From assembly GCA_045602165.1 (NCBI GenBank), contig JAZSAZ010000008.1, positions 61,152 through 125,151 of the forward strand: a DNA stretch of 64,000 bases, read 5' to 3'. Shown in pieces: positions 20,065-30,671 of the stretch. Under the pieces are notes generated by a model. That model made no database searches. It saw nothing but the letters and a program-made list of their open reading frames with translations, and was not told where the DNA came from. This stretch comes from Paramuribaculum sp. (GTDB taxonomy: Bacteria > Bacteroidota > Bacteroidia > Bacteroidales > Muribaculaceae). The first letter of the stretch is position 1, and each line of letters starts with the position of its first letter. The position numbers and the translations under genes are program-made.

Positions 20065-20072
20065 CAAAATTA
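20065..20072 (-). promoter_or_regulatory. -7 promoter box (TAATTTTG) for tig
   Basis: Consensus match. Confidence 0.65.
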
Positions 20073-20104
20073 GCATTTTTGAGTGTATTTTGCAAACAAT
20101 TCAC

Positions 20105-20112
20105 TACATTTG
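20105..20112 (+). promoter_or_regulatory. -7 promoter box (TACATTTG) for the mutarotase gene
   Basis: Consensus match 31 nt before ATG 20144. Confidence 0.7.
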
Positions 20113-20143
20113 CAACATACCCACAATTTCAACTTTATATCCT

Positions 20144-20542
20144 ATGAATGAAAATCCCGCAAATGGCTATGTAATAACCGATAAAGAATACAATGGCCCG
20201 ATTAAACGCTATTGCCAAACTCTTGATTTACGCAACAATCCTGAACTTATCGCTGAATATCGCCGGCGACATGCTAAGGGGAATGCTTGGCCCGAAATCT
20301 TAGACGGAATCCGTCAGGTGGGCATTCTTGAAATGGAAATATACATTCTGGGCACCCGCCTATTCATGATTGTAGAAACCCCGGAAGACTTCAATTGGGA
20401 TGAAGCCATGGCTAAACTTGCCACACTACCCCGACAAGCTGAATGGGAAGACTATATGGCTATGTTCCAGCAAGCCGAAGCCGGTGCAAAGTCAAATGAA
20501 AAATGGCAATTAATGGAGCGAATGTTCCACTTATACAAATAG
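20144..20542 (+). CDS. L-rhamnose/L-fucose mutarotase family protein (DUF718)
   Basis: Pattern EYRRRHA..AWPEI..GIR..GI..MEIYI.G..LFMIVE. Confidence 0.85.
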   Translation: MNENPANGYVITDKEYNGPIKRYCQTLDLRNNPELIAEYRRRHAKGNAWPEILDGIRQVGILEMEIYILGTRLFMIVETPEDFNWDEAMAKLATLPRQAEWEDYMAMFQQAEAGAKSNEKWQLMERMFHLYK

Positions 20543-20555
20543 TGCTATACCCCGC

Positions 20556-21755
20556 TTAAAATCGACATCCGACAATCAACGATACCGATTCGGTTGAGTT
20601 AAAGAATGTGTATTTACTGTTGAAAAACAAATCGCCGTCGAAACGCCCGTTCAACGATGCAAAGAGCGCTTTGTGATTATAAACAAACGAAAATTTCATT
20701 CTAAGATTCACCGCCAGCATATCTTTGCGTCCCTCGGAGGACTCGGAATAGGAATGTCGATAACCCACTGATGGCAACAGGGTTAGATTCGCCAGCCACC
20801 GGCGTGGTGATAATGCCCAGTTGTGTCCATACCCGGCTATGACCGAATAATCGGCAAATCTAAATCGATAACTTGGTTTTAATTCCGGCAAATATTCCAC
20901 CATATCTTTTGGTAAATCGGAGAAATCAAGATTCACCCGCTGATTATTAAAAGCAAAACCGAATATGGCAGAACCTGCTGATTTCAGTTGGTATTTTGAA
21001 TAACAATAGGCCGCAGCTTGGGAGTATTTTTTATAATTGAGAAAATAATATAATTCACCCGACAGCGCTTTATGCTCAATATTATCAAATTTGTAGTTAA
21101 ATCCATCAACATCATAATCTCCAAAATGCGTTATTCGAGCTCCGCCCGATGTGGACAATGCACTGATATTGGCCGAAAAGCGCGAACAAGTGAAGTTAAA
21201 ATTAAGGTTTGTTCGATTTGAATCATCGCCAAACCAATTATTGACCTTTGCCGTGTAACCAATACTCACAGCCATAAACGAAAGGTTCAACCCTAGGTCG
21301 CTATAAATATCCGAAATAATCCCTAAACGATTTTTAAAGCGATCGGAATGAAACGACAACATGTAGGACTCCATCCAATTATAGCTATTCAGAGTCAGCT
21401 TCCAATTTTTCCCTGTACCAACCACATACTCTTCGTCGTAGCTATTGAATGTTTGGTCGCCCCAATCATAAATCTTTAGGACAAACCGCGGAAATGCTGG
21501 ATAATTAATTCGCGGATCATGAATCCGAAATCCATTTGCAAAAAGCTGCTTATACCAAGGCTTATTGGCAAACGCTATTGAATCGGCAATTGCGGCTGAA
21601 TCGGCAATTGCCACTTCATAGCGAGGAATATTGTTTAGTTCAACATCACTACGCAAAGAATCGACACCAATCACAGGCAGCCCATATGACACACCTGAAA
21701 CCAATGCCGATAAAATCACAAATAAAGTTCTAACTATGCGTATCGAAATCTTCAT
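20556..21755 (-). CDS. Outer-membrane beta-barrel protein, DUF4421-like
   Basis: Signal peptide, amphipathic beta-strands and a C-terminal Phe (SLIVGCRF); motif YSQAAAYCYSKYQLKSAGS. Start moved to ATG 21755. Confidence 0.7.
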   Translation of the reverse strand: MKISIRIVRTLFVILSALVSGVSYGLPVIGVDSLRSDVELNNIPRYEVAIADSAAIADSIAFANKPWYKQLFANGFRIHDPRINYPAFPRFVLKIYDWGDQTFNSYDEEYVVGTGKNWKLTLNSYNWMESYMLSFHSDRFKNRLGIISDIYSDLGLNLSFMAVSIGYTAKVNNWFGDDSNRTNLNFNFTCSRFSANISALSTSGGARITHFGDYDVDGFNYKFDNIEHKALSGELYYFLNYKKYSQAAAYCYSKYQLKSAGSAIFGFAFNNQRVNLDFSDLPKDMVEYLPELKPSYRFRFADYSVIAGYGHNWALSPRRWLANLTLLPSVGYRHSYSESSEGRKDMLAVNLRMKFSFVYNHKALFASLNGRFDGDLFFNSKYTFFNSTESVSLIVGCRF

Positions 21756-21770
21756 AACTAAATTCGACCA

Positions 21771-21778
21771 CAAAGATA
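21771..21778 (-). promoter_or_regulatory. -7 promoter box (TATCTTTG) for the DUF4421-like gene
   Basis: Consensus match containing the TTG used by the ORF caller. Confidence 0.65.
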
Positions 21779-21788
21779 CGAATTTAGA

Positions 21789-22826
21789 CTAATACATAGG
21801 CTTAAAAGGTGAAGTTTTAACCAATTTAGCAGTAATATCTCCAACTATATTAGCCGTAGCGGATGTGACAAGTTTTAACACCGGTGCTCCCTCTCTCAAA
21901 TCACACTTTTTCAAATCAATAAAATAAACACCCGGATTTGTAACCACATCAAAATAGTAGCGAAGGTCACGAGTGTTAGCTAATGAGCGCCATTGAGTTG
22001 AAGAAACATTTGGTTCAGAATCAACAGTGTAGTGATATGGCACTGAAACATTCATCAATATGCTTCTGCAAATAGCCATTGCAGTGTCGGCATCAGCGGT
22101 TGGAGCAACATGGTGGGCAAAAAAATCAGCACGCACAAATCTATCGGCGCTTTTAACCGTTCCCGGAAGCATATTTTCACCCCCTATCTTTTTCCAATAT
22201 TCATTGATGGCACTCATCTGAGGATAAGCAGGGTCATTAGTTAAGACAGGCATATTTTCACCCTCATACACCATCACTTGCCCCTGATTAAACTCAAGAA
22301 CAGCAGTGCGCCCGGCAGCATCCGTAATTCCCCAGTGCAATGCCGAGACTGTTCCACCGTCAAATGTAGCGCCGGAAATAGTAAAATCTTGTTCTCGCAA
22401 TTTTTTCACAAGTTCAGGCGTAGTAGCATTCAGATCCAACATCCACGCGACAAACATGGATAGCGACATTGATGGTCTATCGAAAGTCTGACTATTAACG
22501 TAAACAGTTCCTTTACAGAACAATCCATTAACAACCAATCCTTTTTCATTCATCCCCTCGGTGACTCCGCCATCATAGCCCACAGCATATACTGCTCCAT
22601 ACTTGGACTTCCATTCAATCGAGCCGGGCTGAACATTACCCCTTTTGTACATTCCTCGAGGATAGACATACAAATTTGTCGGAATCGGCGACTTCCAGTC
22701 AAGTGACCGGCCAACGATTCTAAGATTACCAACACCTTGATAGACCACACGCGAACATGCCTCCGGCTCTGATGGAAATAGCACAGCAGCAATAGCAAAG
22801 GCAAAACCAATGATAAATCGTTTCAT
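21789..22826 (-). CDS. Secreted choloylglycine hydrolase / linear amide C-N hydrolase (bile salt hydrolase/penicillin V acylase family)
   Basis: Signal peptide ending PEA followed by the Ntn nucleophile Cys (CSRVVY); motifs GRSLDW, GMNEKGL, LTNDP and SADRFVR. Confidence 0.92.
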   Translation of the reverse strand: MKRFIIGFAFAIAAVLFPSEPEACSRVVYQGVGNLRIVGRSLDWKSPIPTNLYVYPRGMYKRGNVQPGSIEWKSKYGAVYAVGYDGGVTEGMNEKGLVVNGLFCKGTVYVNSQTFDRPSMSLSMFVAWMLDLNATTPELVKKLREQDFTISGATFDGGTVSALHWGITDAAGRTAVLEFNQGQVMVYEGENMPVLTNDPAYPQMSAINEYWKKIGGENMLPGTVKSADRFVRADFFAHHVAPTADADTAMAICRSILMNVSVPYHYTVDSEPNVSSTQWRSLANTRDLRYYFDVVTNPGVYFIDLKKCDLREGAPVLKLVTSATANIVGDITAKLVKTSPFKPMY

Positions 22827-22976
22827 AAACAAATCTTTTTAAATCTGTAATTCAAAAACATAGGCGAGAAAGGTAATGTTCAGAAAAAATTGTCCGAATA
22901 GTCCTTTTTTTGAGCAACAAATAGCCACCTCGAGAAACTTTCTGCTCATTTAGCTGACATTTGGCAATAAATTCAC

Positions 22977-22984
22977 TATTTTTG
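22977..22984 (+). promoter_or_regulatory. -7 promoter box (TATTTTTG) for mlaE-mlaF
   Basis: Consensus match. Confidence 0.65.
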
Positions 22985-23003
22985 CAGAGAAAATCAAGAA
23001 AAA

Positions 23004-23753
23004 ATGCTTTTAACAAAATCAATATCTAATGTTGGTAAATATGCGCTATTCATGACGCGCGTATTCACGCGTGCACCACACTTCAAAGTGATGCGCAACC
23101 GCACAATATTTGAAATTAGCAAACTCGGTGTTGATTCAATTCCTCTTGTTATCATAATCTCCCTATTTATCGGAGCCGTATGTACAATTCAGATGGAAAT
23201 CAACACATCATCCCCCCTACTACCGGCCTATTCAGTTGGCCTTGCAACTCGTGACATCGTATTATTAGAGTTCTCCAACTCAATTTTGTGCCTAATCCTT
23301 GCCGGGAAAGTAGGCTCGAATATTGCTTCTGAAATTGGCACCATGAGAATAACCGAGCAGATTGATGCCCTTGACATTATGGGTGTTAACTCCGCAAGCT
23401 ATCTTGTATTGCCCAAGGTTATCGGATTCGTGCTTTTCATGCCGGTCCTTGTAGCATTCTGTATTGCAACATCACTCCTTGGAGGCTACATTGTGGCCGC
23501 TGTTACCGGCATAATCTCGGTGTCGAAATATGTCTACGGCATTCAAGCCATGTTTGTGGAGTGGTATGTGTGGTATGGCTTTATTAAATGTCTTTTCTTT
23601 GCATTTATCATTGCTAGTGTTTCTTCATTCTTCGGCTACTACGTTAAAGGTGGAGCATTGGAAGTGGGTAAAGCCAGTACAAACGCTGTGGTTACAAGCA
23701 GCATTCTGATTCTTTTGCTCGATGTTATCCTAACCAAACTCATGCTGCAATGA
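23004..23753 (+). CDS. mlaE: MlaE-family ABC permease
   Basis: Motifs GKVGSNIASEIGTMRITEQIDALDIMG and VGKASTNAVV. Confidence 0.93.
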   Translation: MLLTKSISNVGKYALFMTRVFTRAPHFKVMRNRTIFEISKLGVDSIPLVIIISLFIGAVCTIQMEINTSSPLLPAYSVGLATRDIVLLEFSNSILCLILAGKVGSNIASEIGTMRITEQIDALDIMGVNSASYLVLPKVIGFVLFMPVLVAFCIATSLLGGYIVAAVTGIISVSKYVYGIQAMFVEWYVWYGFIKCLFFAFIIASVSSFFGYYVKGGALEVGKASTNAVVTSSILILLLDVILTKLMLQ

Positions 23754-24517
23754 TCGAAGTAAAAAACATAGTAAAAGCGTTTGACGGAAAAACGATTCTA
23801 CATAACGTTGATGCCACATTTGAAACCGGCAAAACCAACTTGATTATAGGGCAAAGCGGTTCTGGGAAAACAGTTTTGATGAAATCAATTGTGGGATTGG
23901 TTCGTCCCGATGAGGGAGAAATTTTGTATGATGGTCGCGACCTCCTAAAACTCGATTCTTCACAGATAAAAAAATTGCGTCAAGAGATTGGAATGCTATT
24001 TCAAGGCTCTGCGCTATTTGACTCCGAAACAGTGCTCGGCAATGTGATGTTTCCATTGGTCATGTTTTCCGACATGAGCCATGAAGAGATGCTCGAACGA
24101 GCCCATTTCTGCATTGAGCGCGTAAACCTAAAAGGAGCCGATAATAAGTTTCCCTCCGAAATATCCGGTGGTATGCAAAAGCGAGTGGCCATTGCTCGAG
24201 CCATTGCTCTCAATCCGCGATACCTATTTTGCGATGAACCAAACTCAGGGCTCGACCCGAAAACATCAATCCTAATTGATGAATTGCTTAGCGACATCAC
24301 TCACGAGTATGGCATCACTACGATTATCAACACCCACGACATGAACTCAGTGCTCGGCATCGGGGAAAACATCATCTTCCTCAATAAAGGTCACCGAGCA
24401 TGGGTTGGCGACAAAGAGCAAATATATCATTCCGACAATGAAGCATTGAATGAATTTGTGTTTGCAACTGATTTGTTCCGTCATGTAAAAAATTATGTTG
24501 TGAGCGGCGGCAAATAA
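23750..24517 (+). CDS. mlaF: MlaF-family ABC ATPase
   Basis: Walker A GQSGSGKT, signature ISGGMQKRVAIARA, and DEPNSGLDP; ATGA overlap with mlaE. Confidence 0.92.
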   Translation: MIEVKNIVKAFDGKTILHNVDATFETGKTNLIIGQSGSGKTVLMKSIVGLVRPDEGEILYDGRDLLKLDSSQIKKLRQEIGMLFQGSALFDSETVLGNVMFPLVMFSDMSHEEMLERAHFCIERVNLKGADNKFPSEISGGMQKRVAIARAIALNPRYLFCDEPNSGLDPKTSILIDELLSDITHEYGITTIINTHDMNSVLGIGENIIFLNKGHRAWVGDKEQIYHSDNEALNEFVFATDLFRHVKNYVVSGGK

Positions 24518-24600
24518 TTACTAAATCTGCATCAACCAATATTGCATTTCACCAGGTTTTTAACTAACTTCGCAGTATAAATAACACTGCAAGCGATTTT

Positions 24601-25710
24601 ATGGCTGAAACATCCCTACTACAACGACTTGAAGGCATAGACGCCCGATTTGAAGAGATATCAACACTTATCACCGACCCGGCAGTTATTGCCGATATGA
24701 AGCGCTATGTTCGCTTAACCAAAGAATATAAGGACTTAGAAAAACTTCTAACCCTGACTAAACGCTATCGCCAAGCACTTGCAGATATTGAAGGGGCACG
24801 CGAACTCTTAGAAACAGAAAGTGACGACGAACTCCGTGCAATGGCTCGCGAAGAGCTTGACTCTGCCTCCGAAGCTATTCCTGCTTTGGAAGAGGAAATT
24901 AAACTCCAGCTAATTCCTGCCGACCCCGAAGATGGGAAAAATGCTATCTTGGAAATCAGAGGTGGCACCGGCGGCGATGAAGCAGCCATCTTTGCCGGTG
25001 ACTTGGCAAAAATGTACATGAAATATTGCGAATCCAAAGGTTGGAGCGTTGCAATAACATCGGCCAACGAAGGAACTGCTGGAGGCTATAAGGAAATAGT
25101 GATGGCCGTTAGCGGTGACAGCGTATATGGCACTTTAAAATATGAAAGCGGTGTTCACCGAGTGCAACGCGTGCCCGCAACCGAGACACAAGGGCGCGTA
25201 CACACCTCAGCAGCCACAGTAGCCGTGTTACCCGAAGCCGAAGCCTTTGATGTTGAAATCAATGAAGGCGAAATCAAATGGGACACATTCCGAAGCGGAG
25301 GCGCCGGAGGTCAGAATGTGAACAAAGTAGAATCAGGTGTGCGCTTGCGCTACATGTGGCGCAACCCCAACACCGGCGAAACCGAAGAGATATTAATTGA
25401 ATGTACCGAAACTCGCGACCAGCCAAAAAATAAAGAACGAGCTCTGAGCCGCTTGCGCACATTCATCTACGACAAAGAGTACCAAAAATACATTGACGAC
25501 ATAGCATCACGACGCAAAACAATGGTTTCTACCGGTGACCGCTCAGCAAAAATCCGCACATATAACTATCCACAAGGCCGAATAACCGACCACAGAATCG
25601 GCTACACAATCTACAATCTGCAAGCATTCGTAGACGGCGACATACAGGACTGCATTGACAAACTGATTATTGCCGAAAACGCTGAAAAACTTAAAGCATC
25701 CGAACTATAA
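24601..25710 (+). CDS. prfA: Peptide chain release factor 1
   Basis: GGQ motif ([11 protein letters not shown]) and the RF1 anticodon tripeptide PAT. Confidence 0.97.
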   Translation: MAETSLLQRLEGIDARFEEISTLITDPAVIADMKRYVRLTKEYKDLEKLLTLTKRYRQALADIEGARELLETESDDELRAMAREELDSASEAIPALEEEIKLQLIPADPEDGKNAILEIRGGTGGDEAAIFAGDLAKMYMKYCESKGWSVAITSANEGTAGGYKEIVMAVSGDSVYGTLKYESGVHRVQRVPATETQGRVHTSAATVAVLPEAEAFDVEINEGEIKWDTFRSGGAGGQNVNKVESGVRLRYMWRNPNTGETEEILIECTETRDQPKNKERALSRLRTFIYDKEYQKYIDDIASRRKTMVSTGDRSAKIRTYNYPQGRITDHRIGYTIYNLQAFVDGDIQDCIDKLIIAENAEKLKASEL

Positions 25711-25724
25711 ATAACATAGCAGCT

Positions 25725-26549
25725 ATGAACAGATCCGAACTCATTGAAAACATCAAAAGAAAAGGCTCATTCCTCTGTGTAGGTCTTGACACAGACCCTC
25801 AGAAAATACCTGCACATATCGCAAACGAGCCCGACTCTATTTTCGCGTTCAACAAAGCCATTATTGATGCCACAGCCCCCTATTGCGTGGCCTACAAACC
25901 GAACATGGCATTCTATGAGAGCTTCGGTTCGCAAGGCTGGGATGCTCTTGAACGCACCATCCGATACATAAAAGAAAACTACCCCGACCAATTTATCATT
26001 GCCGATGCAAAACGCGGTGACATTGGTAACACCTCTAAGCTATATGCGCGCAGTTTCTTTGAGCATCTTGATGTTGATGCAATCACAGTAGCCCCATATA
26101 TGGGAGAGGATAGCGTCACACCATTCCTCGGCTACAAAGATAAATGGGTGATTCTTTTGGCATTGACATCTAATAAAGGCTCTCAAGATTTTCAATTAAT
26201 TCAAAATGGCGAAGGCACTCCCCTTTTTGAATCAGTAATTGCAAAATCACAACAATGGGCCAACGAAAATGAAATGATGTATGTGGTTGGTGCCACACAA
26301 GGACGCATGTTTGAGGACATTCGCCGAGTTGCGCCAAAATCATTCTTGTTAGTACCCGGAGTTGGGGCACAAGGTGGCAGCCTCGAAGAAGTGTGTCGCT
26401 ATGGCATGATACCCGATGAGTGTGGTCTGCTCGTTAACTCTTCACGAGGCATCATCTACGCATCATCCGGCACTGATTTTGCGGAAGTTGCAGGAGAAGA
26501 AGCACGAAAACTTCGCGACCAAATGTCACAAATTCTAAACAATAAATAA
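25725..26549 (+). CDS. pyrF: Orotidine-5'-phosphate decarboxylase
   Basis: Motifs [22 protein letters not shown] and [10 protein letters not shown]. Confidence 0.96.
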   Translation: MNRSELIENIKRKGSFLCVGLDTDPQKIPAHIANEPDSIFAFNKAIIDATAPYCVAYKPNMAFYESFGSQGWDALERTIRYIKENYPDQFIIADAKRGDIGNTSKLYARSFFEHLDVDAITVAPYMGEDSVTPFLGYKDKWVILLALTSNKGSQDFQLIQNGEGTPLFESVIAKSQQWANENEMMYVVGATQGRMFEDIRRVAPKSFLLVPGVGAQGGSLEEVCRYGMIPDECGLLVNSSRGIIYASSGTDFAEVAGEEARKLRDQMSQILNNK

Positions 26550-26645
26550 TTGCATAAAACAGAGCTTTTTGCAATAAAACACCATTGTTGCAAATCCATG
26601 CTCCATTTTACGGAATTATTTCTTTAATTTATTTAGAAAAATCAT

Positions 26646-26653
26646 TACATTTG
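26646..26653 (+). promoter_or_regulatory. -7 promoter box (TACATTTG) for pgk
   Basis: Consensus match. Confidence 0.7.
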
Positions 26654-26693
26654 CATCAAAGTAACTAATAACACAACACTAAAAACAATAATC

Positions 26694-27941
26694 ATGACTA
26701 TTGACGAATTCAACTTTGCTGGCAAAAAAGCAATTGTGCGCGTTGACTTCAATGTGCCTTTAGATGAAAATGGTAACATCACTGACGACACCCGTATCCG
26801 TGGCGCCCTCCCTACTCTCAAAAAAATCCTCAATGATGGCGGCAGCCTCATTGTTATGAGCCACATGGGTAAACCCAAAGGTAAAGTTAACCCCAAATTT
26901 TCTCTTGCACAGATTCAAGAAGCAGTAGCTAAAGCACTTGGTGCTGAAGTTAAATTTGCTCCCGACTGCGCTGATGCTGCTGAAGCTGCAGCTGCTTTGC
27001 AGCCCGGCGAAGTTCTTTTGCTCGAAAACCTTCGCTTCTATCCCGAAGAAGAGGGCAAGCCTGTAGGCATCGACAAAGAAGACCCCAATTATGATGCTGC
27101 TAAGAAAGAAATGAAAGAGCGTCAGAAAGAATTTGCAAAAACTCTCGCAAGCTATGCTGATGTTTATGTAAATGATGCTTTCGGCACAGCTCACCGCAAA
27201 CACGCTTCTACTGCTGTTATCGCTGACTACTTTGACAAAGATGCCAAAATGCTTGGCTACCTCATGGAAAAAGAAGTTAAAGCTGTTGACAACATCCTCA
27301 GCGACATCAAACGTCCCTTCACTGCTATCATGGGTGGTTCAAAAGTGTCTACCAAAATCGGCATCATTGAAAACCTCATGGATAAGGTTGACAATTTGAT
27401 TCTCTGCGGTGGTATGACCTATACATTTGCAAAAGCTATGGGTGGCAATGTTGGTCTTTCACTCTGCGAGTTGGACAAACTTGATGTTGCTCTCGACATC
27501 ATGAAAAAAGCAGAAGAAAAAGGTGTTAAGCTCGTTCTCGGTGTTGACTGTGTAGCAGGTGACAAATTCTCTAACGACGCAAACACTCAGATCTGCAACG
27601 TCATGGACATCCCCGCTGAATTGGAAGGTATGGATGCTGGTCCCAAAACCCGTGAATTGTTTGCTGAAGCTATCCTTCCTGCAAAAACTATCCTCTGGAA
27701 TGGTCCTGCCGGTGTATTCGAATTTGACAACTTCACTGCAGGTTCACGCGCAATTGCTGATGCAATCGTTGAAGCAACCAAAAACGGTGCATTCTCACTC
27801 GTAGGTGGTGGTGACTCTGTTGCTTGTGTTAACAAGTTCGGTTTGGCCGATCAGGTTTCTTATGTATCAACAGGTGGTGGTGCTCTCCTCGAAGCTATCG
27901 AAGGTAAAGTTCTCCCAGGAGTTGCTGCAATCAAAGGCTAA
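26694..27941 (+). CDS. pgk: Phosphoglycerate kinase
   Basis: Motifs [31 protein letters not shown] and STGGGALLE. Confidence 0.98.
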   Translation: MTIDEFNFAGKKAIVRVDFNVPLDENGNITDDTRIRGALPTLKKILNDGGSLIVMSHMGKPKGKVNPKFSLAQIQEAVAKALGAEVKFAPDCADAAEAAAALQPGEVLLLENLRFYPEEEGKPVGIDKEDPNYDAAKKEMKERQKEFAKTLASYADVYVNDAFGTAHRKHASTAVIADYFDKDAKMLGYLMEKEVKAVDNILSDIKRPFTAIMGGSKVSTKIGIIENLMDKVDNLILCGGMTYTFAKAMGGNVGLSLCELDKLDVALDIMKKAEEKGVKLVLGVDCVAGDKFSNDANTQICNVMDIPAELEGMDAGPKTRELFAEAILPAKTILWNGPAGVFEFDNFTAGSRAIADAIVEATKNGAFSLVGGGDSVACVNKFGLADQVSYVSTGGGALLEAIEGKVLPGVAAIKG

Positions 27942-27965
27942 GAATTAACCAACTAATAAATAATG

Positions 27966-28003
27966 TAACCGCCGCCCGGATTCGGGTGGCGGTTATCTTT
28001 TTC
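27966..28003 (+). terminator. Intrinsic terminator of pgk
   Basis: TAACCGCCGCCCG, GATT loop, CGGGTGGCGGTTA, then TCTTTTT. Confidence 0.85.
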
Positions 28004-28100
28004 CAAAAGGCAGCCTCGAGGAATCACAACTCGATAGCCAAAATTCAATCTTTGTTGAAAAATGAAGTTTGAAAGATTTGGACATCTAACATTCTGTACC

Positions 28101-28108
28101 TATATTTG
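28101..28108 (+). promoter_or_regulatory. -7 promoter box (TATATTTG) for DUF3127
   Basis: Consensus match. Confidence 0.7.
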
Positions 28109-28140
28109 TGGAATAATAGAAAATCATATAAAGCAACCAA

Positions 28141-28503
28141 ATGGAAATTAAAGGAAAAATCATTGCAGCTCTCCCCGAACAGTCAGGAGTTTCTAAGAGC
28201 GGTAACAATTGGAAAAAACGCGAATACGTGCTCGAAACCATGGAAACATATCCCAAAAAAGTTCATTTTGACCTTTTTGGAGACCGTGCTGACCAATATC
28301 CCTTAAATGTAGGCGAAGTAATCACCCTAAGTTTTGACATCAATAGCCGCGAATATAATGGCCGTTGGTTTACCAGCATCAGCGGATGGAAAGTGGATAA
28401 AGACGGAGCACAAGCTAATGAAAACACGGCTCCGGTGCCTCCTGTAGTTGACCCATTAGCTTCGCAGTTTAGTTCATCACCGGATGAAGACATTCCGTTC
28501 TAG
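28141..28503 (+). CDS. DUF3127 family protein (OB-fold/SSB-like) with an acidic DEDIPF tail
   Basis: MEIKGKIIA...WKKREYVLET.E.YPKK...SREYNGRWFT; C-terminus SPDEDIPF. Confidence 0.85.
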   Translation: MEIKGKIIAALPEQSGVSKSGNNWKKREYVLETMETYPKKVHFDLFGDRADQYPLNVGEVITLSFDINSREYNGRWFTSISGWKVDKDGAQANENTAPVPPVVDPLASQFSSSPDEDIPF

Positions 28504-28594
28504 TTAGAATATATCAATCGTATAAACCTTATCGCTCCACATAGTAATCCAATATATCTTAATTGCTATGTGGAGTTTTAATTTAATTTTCGCC

Positions 28595-29908
28595 ATGAAA
28601 CGATTAAGCATTTGCCTAATAGCACTAACATCTCTGATATTTTCAGCAAAAGCCGGCACCCCTTACCAGCCAACTGACGAGAATCTATCTGCACGAAAAG
28701 AATTTCGTGAAAGCGGCCTTGGAATCTTTATTCACTGGGGCATTTATAGCATGTTTGGACAAAATGAATGGTATCTGAATAGAAATGTCAGTGCTCAAGA
28801 GTATGCCAAAGCTGCCTCAGCATTCTATCCGGCAAATTTCAATGCTGCTGAATGGGTGAAAACATTTAAAGATGCCGGAGCCGAATATATTTGCTTCACA
28901 TCACGCCATCATGACGGATTCTCAATGTGGCACACCAAACAATCTGACTATAACATTGTTGACGCAACACCCTTCAAGCGCGATGTGCTTCGTGAAATTG
29001 TTGATGAATGTCAAAAACAAGACATGAAACTTCACTTATATTACTCACATATTGACTGGACTCGTCAAGACTATCCTCGCGGACGCACCGGCCTCAACAC
29101 CGGATGCGACATAAACAAGAGCGACTGGAAGAGTTATTATAAGTTTATGAACGCACAATTAACTGAATTGCTCACCGAATATGGCAAAATCGGAGCCATT
29201 TGGTTTGACGGTTGGTGGGACCACGACCAAGATTCAATCCCCTTTAACTGGGAATTGCCTGAACAGTATGCTCTAATACACAATCTTCAACCAAGTTGCT
29301 TGATTGGCAATAACCACCATCAAACACCCTTTGCAGGCGAAGACATCCAAATTTTTGAACGCGACCTTCCGGGCGAAAACACAGCCGGGCTCTCCGGTCA
29401 AGACATATCTCAACTTCCATTGGAAACATGCCTCACAATGAATCGCTCATGGGGATATAACGTAGAAGACCTTGAATATCTCCCCACCGAAGATTTGATT
29501 CGCACATTGGTGCGCACTGCCGGCAAAGGAGCGAATCTACTTTTAAATGTGGGACCGCAACCCAATGGTGAAATTCCGCAAGAAGCCATCAAACGCCTCA
29601 AAGAAATTGGCGAATGGCTAAAAATTTATGGCAGAACAATCAAAGGCACAGATAAGGCTGAGTTCCCGGAACAAGCATGGGGTGTTGCAACAAGCAAGGG
29701 TGACAAACTCTATATTCACGTTTTAGATTCAACAGCCACAGAAATCACAATTCCAATCAGCCACAAACGCATCAAATCAACCGCTGAATTTGTGTCGCGC
29801 AATGAATTAAAAGCTAAAAAGAGTGCTGACGGCAACGCCACAATTGACATCTCCACCATCCCCGTCATTGCACCCACTAGAGTCATTGAGCTAACATTAA
29901 AGAAATAA
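28595..29908 (+). CDS. Secreted alpha-L-fucosidase, GH29
   Basis: Signal peptide; motifs FIHWGIYS, TSRHHDGF, the nucleophile motif WFDG, and NLLLNVGP. Confidence 0.93.
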   Translation: MKRLSICLIALTSLIFSAKAGTPYQPTDENLSARKEFRESGLGIFIHWGIYSMFGQNEWYLNRNVSAQEYAKAASAFYPANFNAAEWVKTFKDAGAEYICFTSRHHDGFSMWHTKQSDYNIVDATPFKRDVLREIVDECQKQDMKLHLYYSHIDWTRQDYPRGRTGLNTGCDINKSDWKSYYKFMNAQLTELLTEYGKIGAIWFDGWWDHDQDSIPFNWELPEQYALIHNLQPSCLIGNNHHQTPFAGEDIQIFERDLPGENTAGLSGQDISQLPLETCLTMNRSWGYNVEDLEYLPTEDLIRTLVRTAGKGANLLLNVGPQPNGEIPQEAIKRLKEIGEWLKIYGRTIKGTDKAEFPEQAWGVATSKGDKLYIHVLDSTATEITIPISHKRIKSTAEFVSRNELKAKKSADGNATIDISTIPVIAPTRVIELTLKK

Positions 29909-29918
29909 TCCCCACTGT

Positions 29919-30671
29919 ATGCAACGACTACTTGAAATCTGTTGTTCCGACATTGAAAGTGTTGATGCAGCCATTGCCGGTGGCGCTGACCGCATAGAGC
30001 TATGCTCTGCCCTATCGGAAGGTGGAGTGACCCCCTCTGCCGGAATGATTTCGGAAGCAACCAAGCGAAAAATTCCGGTTAACGTTTTAATCCGTCCTCG
30101 CGGAGGTGACTTTGTGTACACAAAAACAGAAACCGAAATCATGCTTGCCGATATTGACATCGCCGCCTCATTAGGAGCCAATGGCGTGGTTATCGGCGCA
30201 TTAAGACCGGATGGATTAATTGACACTGAGATAAGTGCCTCTTTGATAAGCAAAGCCCAAAGCCTTGGACTTGAAACCACATATCACAGAGCCTTTGATA
30301 TATGTTCCGACCCGGATAGTTCACTTGAAACAATAATCAGCCTCGGCGCTAACCGCTTGTTAACATCCGGATTAGCGGCAACAGCCCTCAACGGAGCAGC
30401 GTTTATCAGCCGGCTACGCATAATTGCCGATAATCGCATTAAAATCATGGCCGGCTGCGGTGTAACACCTATGAATGTTGCAGAAATCATTCACAAAAGC
30501 GGTGTTGTAGAGATTCATGCGTCGGCAAAAACGCGCATTGAAAGTTCCATGTCATTTCGAAACATGAATGCAAAAATGGGCACTGCTGATGACTACTCCA
30601 GAACTATAACCTCAAAAGAGATTGTCAATAACTTATCTAAAATAATCCACGAATATGACACAAATGCTTAA
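29919..30671 (+). CDS. cutC: CutC-family TIM-barrel protein
   Basis: Motifs LEIC, GGADRIELCSALSEGGVTPS, IRPRGGDFVY, HRAFD and LLTSG. Confidence 0.95.
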   Translation: MQRLLEICCSDIESVDAAIAGGADRIELCSALSEGGVTPSAGMISEATKRKIPVNVLIRPRGGDFVYTKTETEIMLADIDIAASLGANGVVIGALRPDGLIDTEISASLISKAQSLGLETTYHRAFDICSDPDSSLETIISLGANRLLTSGLAATALNGAAFISRLRIIADNRIKIMAGCGVTPMNVAEIIHKSGVVEIHASAKTRIESSMSFRNMNAKMGTADDYSRTITSKEIVNNLSKIIHEYDTNA

